Positions 49,801 through 61,130 of a stretch of DNA of 64,000 nucleotides are shown piece after piece. The position numbers were made by a program, and so were the translations under genes. Within the stretch, counting starts at the first letter, position 1; each line of letters starts with the position of its first letter. The stretch covers positions 56,039,972-56,103,971 of the forward strand of contig NC_068991.1 in NCBI RefSeq assembly GCF_001194135.2. The letters are read 5' to 3'. The notes beneath the pieces are model-generated. The model searched no databases. It was given only the letters and a program-made list of their open reading frames with translations, and had not been told where the DNA came from. This DNA comes from Octopus bimaculoides (lineage: Eukaryota).

Positions 49801-52800
49801 ATTCTGTATTCTCAAGAATTTACTTATAATCTTTTTTTTGAATTGACTCAAGGAAGGATTTAAATTCAGATGTAAAGGAATGTAATTAAATACAAGTAAT
49901 TTAATCAGACACTGTGATTGTTTGTGCCACTTACCATCAAAGAAATGTGGCTTTGCTAATCAATGATGGTGTGATTAAAAAAAATTAATTAATTAGCCTA
50001 GATATTGGTGTATGACGGAAAGAAGGAAAATCTAAACATTTCTTTGAAGTCACAACCAAATGCTAGGAAATGAGTGACAACTGTTTTTAATGCTTTCTAT
50101 AGATTTGTAATGAAATTTGAATTCTTTGGATACAAACTGAAGTACTATTGAGAGCCTTTCTCTCGATTTTTAATCCAGTTGCTAATTGTATAGGTAACTT
50201 GTTGAGAAACTTGCTTTGTTTGTAACATTTCAATGTCATTCAGTTTTGTTCTTCAGAACATTAATTCTTTAAAAGTTCTTCCCATCTATGTTTTGCCTTC
50301 AGACATTTCAAACTGAGACATTTCACAGTCTCAGAGAGCGTGTGATTGTCATAGGCACATCCCCTTCTTTTAGCTAAATCATTATTCAAAAATGAGCTAT
50401 TAAGTATTTTAGTTACAGATAAAAAAGTTTATGTAATGTAAATGAGGTGCATAGTTTTGCTTCTGAAAGGAAACCTCATGAGAAGACACACCTTAAGCTG
50501 ACTAACACCTACATAATCACCTCCCCATTTTACTTTTCTACAACATAGAAACAAATTATCTATTTACACTAAAATTGGAATATATTTAACTAATCTAATT
50601 TGTACATCCAGTTTAAAACATTGTTTTGATTCTAGAATTTTTTGATTTTTCAGGGTGCCAATAATTGTCTGACATCCAGTGTTTTGGAAGGCAATATTCA
50701 ATCCAAACAAAATATAACGCAAATATGTGGTGGAGAATCATGTGTGAACAATGCCAAATCAGATCTTGTCCCAAAGTTAAACTCTGAAGAAATTTGTAAT
50801 TATAATCGAAACTGTCATTTTTCACCAAATGTTTTTAATGATATTCAGTCTTTTATGGGAAATTCTATGAATGCCAGATCTTGTGAGAATATTTCTTCAG
50901 TTCAGCTTAACAAGAGAGATGAGAAGTTGCAAACGCAAAGTAAAACAGAAAGCAGTTTAAACAAATCATCATTCAATCAATTTAAAGAGATTTTGGATGG
51001 ATCTAATCAGTTAGTCAAATCTACAACAGAATTTAAGTCTGACCTAACAAAACAGAAAGCAGTAACTCATGACAACACTGCTCAAATAAATGGAGTGCCA
51101 GTTTTGATTGAAAAATCAGCATCTGTTTTACTTAGCAAAAGAAGCAATGCAATAGATTTATCAAGTGGTATCTACAATCTGTTTGATTATACTACAGAGA
51201 TAAATCCACTTTGTGGAAAATTGTTTTCATTAGATAATTCTAGTAAAATTAAAACAATCTGTGGGCAAACAAAGAACTTGAGAATTAAACGACAATCTAA
51301 AATGCGTTTGTTCATTAAATCTAACAGATTAAAAGTAAACAATAAAATATCTAAAATCCTTCATAAGAGAACTCCAGGTGTTTCTTGTATGTTTGTTAGG
51401 CGAAAGAAACCAACAATTATCAAAGATTCTTATCTAACACTAAAACCTAAAACAGTTTTAGGAGATGTTGAAAATGGTTCCATAAACAACAAGAAACATT
51501 TTCCCTCAGCTTCACATATTTTCAGTAAAAACAAAATGTTTACTTGTTATAATAATGATACAACTACTGTAAGAAGGTATGGTAGGGTAAAATATATTGA
51601 AGGTGGATTTTCTAACTGTGTAATTTCAAACAGTGAAGCTAGTTCAGGAACAGAGTTAGAAAATGATGAGAATTCTAATAATGAACATAGTACTCCCCTT
51701 GACGAAACTGGGGTCAAATTAGATCATATTCCTCAGCCAGAAGAGCAAGCACATGACAGAGTAACATTTCAGAATGATATTGAAGACGAAAATATTGAAG
51801 TCACACCGGTTATCCATGGAGCAGTAATCCGCTTAACAAAAACAGATTTAAGTTCAGATGATGAAAAGAAAACTCTTCCAGATTTCCATAAAAGAATTAC
51901 TTATGGAACTAATATATCGATAAGGACTGCAGAACCTTTGTATTCAGGAACAAATGTTACTTCTGCCTATATTTGGGAAAACAGCTCTATATCAAGGCCA
52001 GTCATTATGATGAAAAATACTGACTTTAATTATAACTTACCCAATGTTTGTTCAGTTCTTTCAACAACAGACAATATAAGTACCACTCTACCTGATCTCA
52101 CGACATTCCTTACTCAGAGACGCAATTCTGTTGATGTATGCACTGACTTATTAAGATTTGCGCGTAAGAGAGCAATGCCAAAAAAATGTTTTTCTGATGA
52201 AGTATTAAGTGTTTGGGAGACAGAACTGAAAAGGGGTATTTCTGAAGCTGCTGAAAAATATAAACATAATGTTCTATTTAATAAGAAAAATCAAAAAGTT
52301 AGAATGGTGTCTCGGATTGTTGAGGTAGATAGCCACTCCTCCGAAGCACCAGTTACAAAGAATGACAAAAATAATTCACAGAATACCAAAAGTGAGGAAC
52401 TAAAACCTAATTCTTCAAAGAAATCAAATTTGGTTCTTCATTTTAGCACAGAATGTTGTTTAGACAATGTGTCAGATGTTGATTACAATAGAGAAAATAA
52501 AATAGGAACTAATGATAAAGATAACCAGACAAATGGAGACAATTATGATTCTGCAAAGGAAGAAACAGCATCACTAGATATTCTAAGCATCCAAGCTGTT
52601 CCTGCATGCTCTTGCGCATCTATGCCATCGTTGGTAAGACCCCATTATCATTATTGCCCTAAATTTCTTATTATCGCAATCATCTAAGACAAAATGCACT
52701 GAGCAACCATCATTGCTTTTAGGGAATAAATGAGAAATTTTTAACCCTGATAACACTCCCTAGAATATGCATCTAGTATGAAGACACAGATCTCACTGTG

Positions 52801-55800
52801 TGGTTGAGAAATGTGCTTTATGTTCATGGGTTCAATCCCACTGTGTGGAACCTTGGGCAAGTGTCTTCTACTATAGCCCCGGGCTGACCAAAGCCTTGTG
52901 AGTAGATTTGGTAGATGCAAATTAAAAGAAACCCATTGTATATGTGTGTGTGTGCGCCCTTGTCTAGACATCACATGATGGTTGTAAATGAGCATCATTG
53001 TCATACAAGCAAGGTTGCTCATTACCAGTCTTCCATGAAAAACATGTCTGGCCATGAGAAAATATTACTTTGCTCAGAAATAGAGAAAAAGGTGAGAATA
53101 GGTGACAGAAAGGGCATCCAGCCATAGAAAACCTTCCTCAACATATTCCATCTGACCCATTCACGCATGGAAATGTGAGCATTAAATGATGATGAAGCTT
53201 TCTTGCTCAACCTTCTATATATTTCTAACCCTCCTATACATGTATTATTTCTTGCCAACCATACAATATACTGCCGACTCTATTAAACCTTGCTGTCTAT
53301 ATTCTACACTACAGTCACTACATGTGCTGTCATTGATTTCTTGCTATTCTTTTCCCACCAACTCTGCTGGTCTCAAGTATCACCTCAGCCACTTTGATAT
53401 TAACCCTTTTCTGATAATTTCTAATCTCATATACTCCCACCACTACCACCTACATAGATAACACAATAACACAACCCAGTCTTTCTGTACAGGTTTTCAA
53501 TATGATTTAGTTTCACATATGTAGACCAGATGTCCTTGTGCTTCTCTTTCTTTTATCAAAAGATTTTTCACTGTGTACTTCGATGATCATCTCGCTGTCT
53601 GAAGAGCTTAATGACATCAAAATGACTGAAACATGTTTCTCAGAGATAACTTGTTTTGTGAACAAGACCAAATCCCAACAGCTGCTACCTTGCTTTATCT
53701 GTCTGTCTACTTCTCTTTCTCTCTCTCTCTCTCTGTATGTCATCTCTGTCTGTCCATTTGTCTGCTTCTATTTGTGTTGTTTGTCCATTCTGATCTGGGG
53801 CTAATTAACCAATCCAGCATCTATGTACACAGATACCTATATAAATTAACACCTATGTACAATAATATACTTTTTAACTATCTTTTGCCTTCTCATCTAC
53901 CAGTATAAAGTCACCTCTCCTAGGTTTATAGTCTTACAAATTGCATGATAGCCACACAAGTGCTTGGTGGCTTGAAAAAAGTATACACACTGTAAAGTGG
54001 TTGGTGTTGCAAAGAGCATCCTGTTATAGAAACCATATCAAAGCAGATACTAGATCTTGATGCAGTCCTTGGGTCCATTGAATCATGTCAAACCCATGTC
54101 AGCATGAAACATAGATGCTAAATGATGATGATGATTCATACTTATGTACACAAGCATATTTTGGATCTCTATGCAGTTGATAGATCTGTAAGAAAAACCA
54201 TTAACTTTTCCTCAAACCACACTCTATTATCTTAAAGAATAAGGACACATTTCTGTAATCTTGGCACAGAGATGTTATGTCTTAAAGAATAAGACATAAT
54301 GATAACTTGAATTTCTACAGCCTCTGAACCACATTACCTTCTCCATATTTGACCCTTCTTTTTTGCTACTACAACTCAGCTTGCGAAGACTTATTGGGGC
54401 AAGCGAAAGCGAAATCGGGATAGCACCTGTGCCCAGCGTCGCCTTTCTAGCACTTGTGCCCGTGACATGTGTAAGGATTTTTGAGCGAGATCATTGCCAG
54501 TGCCCCTGGACTGGCTCTTGTGCGGGTGGCACATAAAATACACCATTTTGAGCGTGGCCGTTGCCAGTACCGCCTGACTGGCCTTCGTGTGGGTGACACG
54601 TAAAAGCACCCACTACACTCTCTGAGTGGTTGGTGTTAGGAAGGGCATCCAGCTGTAGAAACTCTGCCAAATCAGATTGGAGCCTGGTGTTGCCATCCGG
54701 TTTCACCAGTCCTAAGTCAAATCGTCCAACCCATGCTAGCATGGAGAGCGGACGTTAAACGAACGATGATGAATGGCCTATGTTCCTATCAACTAGGTTG
54801 TTACAAAACAACTACATTCAGAAGCACCCAACGTTTCTCTTTTTCTTGTCCCCTTTATTGTATTATAATGCTTGGATCATAATGCTCATATAATAATGGA
54901 TCATTATTGTATCATAATGCTTGGATCCTTTACTAACCACTGTGCTCAATAAACATTTCTTCTCTTGAAAATCAACTCTCTGGAATCCTGTTCTTGTCCA
55001 TGTTTTGCATGCCTATGTCAACTTACAGATGTTCAGGCTGAACATAAACTGGAACTACATCTTCAACCTGACTGTGCCATAAAACATGCATGCACACTAG
55101 GTGGTATCAAAAGGTTCCCGAGTTAGTTATGCTTAATAAAAAATAACTAATTTACCTTAGTTTTAACATAATCTCCTTTGAAATAATCACCTTGTGCAGT
55201 AATCCACCCATCCCTGCATTCCTGTCACTTTTGGAATCCAGTCTGGAACTCATTTTCTGTAAGTGAGTTGAGGACCTTCTGTGATTCGCTCTGGATCTTG
55301 ACAATAGTGTTAAAATGGTGACCTTTGAGCTGCATTTTTGTCTTGGGGAAGAGATGGAAGTCTGTAGGTGCTAAATCTGGTGAATAGGCCGGGTGTGGAA
55401 GTAATACCATGTTGTTTTTGGTGAAAAACTCACAAGTGAGGAGAGCTTAGTGAACAATCCGATTCTTTGCACTCCATAGATCCAGTTGCTTTCACTGAAT
55501 GTCCTCCCTCAAATGCTTCAAAACACCACAGCAGAACTCTTGATTGATAGTCTAGCCCTATGGGTCAAATTCTCGATGCACAATACCACAATTCCAAGGA
55601 TGACACTCATGGCAGGTCTTCCAGATTGCTCATCATCAATGCCACTCAAAGCATTGTGTATGATTCATTGTCTCTTCACTGTAAGCTTGCCAAAACATGC
55701 TCAATGTCTCTGTAGCAGACTTCCAAAGTTTAATGTAAGATTTAACGTTGGCTCATTGTTCCTGTCCATGACAGAATCGCAGGCCACAGCATACACATCA

Positions 55801-58062
55801 TCACAAAAACACAAATTTCACAACTTGTGAAGTAAACACAGTGATGTCACTTGGCACACTGCCTCATGAAGGCTCCTGCTAGCTCCCACTGTGCATGGGA
55901 CCATGTGCTACATTCTGCTGGCACACTACAGGTGTTATCAAAAAGTCTAGGAACTTTTTGATATCACCTCATATACATGTATATGCCTACCATGTAGTTA
56001 CACATTCTGGAATACATAAGCACACACTCACTTATGGATATACTTATTACACACCATCATCATTATCATCGTTTAACATCCGCTTTCCATGCTAGCATGG
56101 GTTGGACGATTTGACTGAGGAAAGGTGAAACCAGATGGCTACACCAAGCTCCAATCTGATTTGGCAGAGTTTCTACAGCTAGATGCCCTTCCTAACGCCA
56201 ACCACTCAGGGAGTGTAGTGGGTGCTTTTATGTGTCACCCACATGAAGGCCAGTCAGGCGGTACTGGCAACGGCCACGCTCATATATATACAAAGTACAT
56301 ACAGACAAATACTTGTACTTACACACAAGTACTTGTGCACACAGATACACACATATGCAAACATGTGTGTACATATGAGTATGTGTGTTCATGACACCTT
56401 GGGCAAGTGTCTTCTACTGTATGCCTGGGCTAACCAAAGCCTTGCGAGTGGATTTGGTTGACAGAAATTGAAAGAATTGTGTGTGTGTTTCCTTGTTTCT
56501 GTATCCTCCATCAGCACTTGACAATCAGTGTTGGTGTTCCAGTAACACAGTGGTTTGGCAAAAGAGACTGATTAAAAAGAATATCAGGCTTAAAAAAAGT
56601 AATGGGATTGATTCCTTCAACTAAAATTCTTTAAAGTTGTGTCCTAGCATGGCTGCAGTTTAATGAGTGAAACAAGTTAAAATATATACATATCTATATA
56701 TATGTGTGTGTACCGTAAAAAATTTAGATTCAGGTGAATATGGTACTTAAGTTTAGGCACCAGAATTAAGTATGGTATTATCCATACAGTTTCAAAATAA
56801 GGTGATTAAGGTCAAAATAAGCAACAAGGATATCCAAAGTTAATGCAGTACAATCGTTTCATGCGACTCCATTTAATTAAGCAATGTGAACATTACATCA
56901 AATATAAAATGCAGAGCAATCCTCAGCTGCACAAAGATATAGAAATTTAATGAAATTACATTTAAACAGAAGGACATATTTTTATAACTACATCTAAACT
57001 CTCCAAGTAGAAAGGAAGAATACAAAAAAACATTTTGACTTAGCCAGACCATACAGGCTAGTATGAATATACTTATTACACACCATATACATATATACAA
57101 AGTACATGGAGAGTTTAGATGTAGTTATAAAAATGTCCTTCTGTATAAATGTAATTTCATTAAATTTCTATATCTTTGTGCAGCTGAGGATTGCTCTGCA
57201 TTTTATATTTGATGTAATGTTCACATTGCTTAATTAAATGGAGTCGCATGAAACGATCATACTGCATTAACTTTGGATATCCTTGTTGCTTATTTTGACT
57301 ATATGTGTGTGTATGTATGTATTTCATTTTAGGATTGGAATGACTACCCAGAGGAAGCACTTTATGGCTACATACATGAGGAACCTATTTCAACATCTGC
57401 ATTTAACAGAGAGCCTAGAAAACCTCAAGAGATCTTTACAAAAGATGAAAGGGTAGGTTTATAATTTGATATATTGTTTCTGTAAAGGCTGTTATTAAGT
57501 TATTAGAATATATATTATTTATGTGATTGTTATAACTATTGCTACTGCTATTGTTCTTTTTGTTTAGAGACTGGTCAGTTGTGATTAAAAAGACCAGTGA
57601 CCAAATACGTTCCAACTGCCTTTTTATTTTGTTTTTCAGAGAAAATGTTATCTGGGGTCACATTACCATGGAGTAGGGAGGGGTTCTTTTATGATAGTAG
57701 AGTGTGTTTAGAGGGATGACGATGATGATATGCTCTCCATTTTAGGATACTCTTAAATGTGTAGTGATAGCTAGTGACATCAAAACATGTAATGAATGCA
57801 AAGATATTGAACCTACTTCAGAATCTTCTCCACCTAGAAAAACTACTGAGACCCAGAATATCAATATAGATCTGGCTGAACAAGAAAAAGTAAGTTTATA
57901 TTCTGATATAATTTATGTCCTTAATTTGTTTATTATGTTATTGAGACTTTTATTCTTTTATTTGTTTCATTCTGCTTTGGTTATATTGACTTCAATACTT
58001 ATTTTACCAATTTCTGTATGTCAAATTACTGTTATAAGACATATGCATACATGTACACATAT

Positions 58063-58112
<50 letters not shown>

Positions 58113-60274
58113 TGTCAGTGTAAATATATTTGCATTTCATGTATAATTCATATAAATGCATTTCTTTTAAGGATACTGTTTACTATGTAGCAGTTGGTAG
58201 CAACATGGAAAAATGTAGCATATGTAAAAATATTAAAGCTGCTTCATCATCTGCTTCATCCAAAGAGATCAGTGAACCCCAGGAAGCGTGACAACCTGGA
58301 GAGATCACCATAGACCTTGCTGAAAATAATTACTTTTGGTTTTGTTTAGAAGAGAGATATTAACTTAGCTAAGTCTAGTCAGCATAATACCTGATTTCTT
58401 CATAAATTCTAAACCTAACCCTGAGTGCTTGATACTATTCTAAATTTACATACTGAATGAGCAGGTACTATTAGACAAATAGAGGATGCAAAGGAAAATT
58501 AGACATAATATACCAGAAAAATCACACATCTTTGGAATCAAATGTGTAAATATAAATTTAGTGACTAATATCCCCACAGAGGATTACAATTCCAGAGCCT
58601 AAATCAGTGAGGGACCTGGGTATCGACATGAGTGATGATACCTCTTTCCAAGTGCACATTACCAGGATGGCCACAAAGTGCAGACGACTGGCTGGCTGGA
58701 TCCTGAGAACGTTCAGGACCAGAAAGAAAAAAACCATGATGGTCTTCTGGAGGACATTAGTTCTCAGCCACCTGGATTACTGCTCCCAGCTATAGTCACC
58801 TAACAGTGTAAAATTAACAGCAGCCTTGAAGCAATCCAGCGAAGCTTCACAAAGAAGATTGTCTTGTTACAACAGCTCAGCTACTGGGAAAGGCTGAAAC
58901 AGCTAAGACTACTTCCTGGAGCAAAGGCGGGAGAGGTATGCAGTAATATACATCTGGAAGATCCTGGAAAGAATTGTGCCAAATTTTGGCATTGAAAGCT
59001 ACACCAATGCCAGAATGGCTCGACACTGCACAGTGCCAAAAAGAGCCCAGCAATGCCATCGTGCTTTAGGACCAGTTACTACAACAGCCTGGGTTTCAGG
59101 GGCCCACAGCTTTTTAATATTCTTCCAAAGAGCCTGAGGGACCTACACAAAGTGAATGTGTTTTCAAATCAAAACTGGACCTCTTCCTGTTGAGAGTCCC
59201 AGATGAACCTACCTTGCAGCAAAAGGTGCAAATGAGAGTAGTGACATCAAACTCTCTTATTCACCAATAATAACACCAATAATAACAGCGTAGCAAAACG
59301 CATATGTATACTAAACTAGAGATTGGCAGACAGACCCTGTACACACACAGTTGACACCGTTCAGCTATGGCTGTCATCGATCCATGGGAGGCTACTCTAC
59401 TTTCTCTTGGAATGTGTTATAACTTTACACTACATTTAATTTTGTAACCCACACTAACCCAACCACCAGGACTATCTTTTACTTGTTTCAGTCATTTGAC
59501 TGTGGCCATGCTGGGGCACCATCTTGCAGGGTTTTAGTTGAATAAATCAACTCCAGAGCGTACATATAGTGTTATTGTATAGAGTGGAAGTTCAACACGA
59601 AGTTTTGAACTCATTATCTTGTGGTTAATAATCCATTACCTTAAATTTGAAGCAATTAAGTCTTTAAACACTATTTTACTGGGTTTAGTCTTTCGACTGT
59701 CACCATGATGGGGTATCACCTTAAAAAATTTAATTGATCATACTGACCTCGGTACATATTTCAATCTGGCATTTATTTTATAGATCTCTGCTTCATGAAC
59801 TGCTAACTTTGAGACACAGTGGGACACAATACACAATTTAACAACAAATGTAAACACACACACATATGCACATATTAGGTGCAAGAATGACTGTTTGGTT
59901 GAGAAGTTTGCTTCCTAACCACATAGTTCCACGTTCCCTCTGCATAACCCTAGGCCAACCACAGACTTGTGACTGAATTTGGTAGATGGAAACTGCAGCA
60001 TTGTTCATCAGTAAAATGATCAAAAAACATCTTTATAAAGAAGAGTTGTTTGCTTTATACTCCTCGTGTGCTGATTCTGCCTATAAGAAAGGAACAAATA
60101 ATACAATGTAGCTGTAGGTCATAACACATGGGCAAGGCTGGGGTGCATTNNNNNNNNNNNNNNNNNNNNNNNNNNNNNNNNNNNNNNNNNNNNNNNNNNN
60201 NNNNNNNNNNNNNNNNNNNNNNNNNNNNNNNNNNNNNNNNNNNNNNNNNNNNNNNNNNNNNNNNNNNNNNNNNN

Positions 60275-60319
<45 letters not shown>

Positions 60320-61071
60320 ATATTTATATATATTTATATATGTATGCACACCTCCAGCATAAACTCATTTGTATCTCAAGTGTAATTTATATAAATGCAT
60401 TTCTTTTTAGGATTCTGCTAACTATGTAGTGGTTGGTAGTAACATGGAAGAATATAACGTAAGTAAAAATAGTAAAGATGCTTCAACATCTGCTTCGCCC
60501 AAACTGATCAATCAAGCCCAAAAGACCAGGCAACCTGAAGAGATCAACATAGACCTTGCTAAACAAGAACAGGTAAGTTTATATTACATATTTTATCAAA
60601 CTCTGGCCACAATAACACAGTTATCAAGTTAAATATTTATATATATATCAAATCCATTTTCATATATTATTTTGGTACCAACTTTGGTGACTACTGTGCT
60701 ATTCATGTGTGGAATTTGCAGTGTAAATTCTTGTTTTGGAGGTATATAGAGCCCTGTTTCACTGTTAGTAGGACCAAGAAAGAAATATTCCAACAAGCAA
60801 GAGAAGTATCATTTAATAAAGTAAACATGATTTACATGTGTTCTACTGTAAGTTTCATGCTTGGGTACTAGAATAATCAGATGGGTTAGCATGACATGTA
60901 CCAGTAATTCTTTTGTATTTTTATTTTCTTTTTTTGTGAGCCTGAACATTCGCGGAATAGTGATAGTACATTGCATACTATACAAACTCGTCTAATTACT
61001 GTACTGAGCATGAAACTTATAGTAGCTCACATGCAAGTCCTGTGTCTATTGAATTTAATGATATATATATA

Positions 61072-61130
<59 letters not shown>

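Noticed and set aside
53513-53804. Overlapping ORFs on both strands in the BTB gene intron
   Set aside because: No consistent splice sites or recognisable motifs; both run into (CT)n sequence.
57640-57672. 33-nt phase 0-0 mini-exon (RKCYLGSHYHG) between repeat units 1 and 2
   Set aside because: Good acceptor but weak GGA|gtaggg donor and no homology; plausible by chance.
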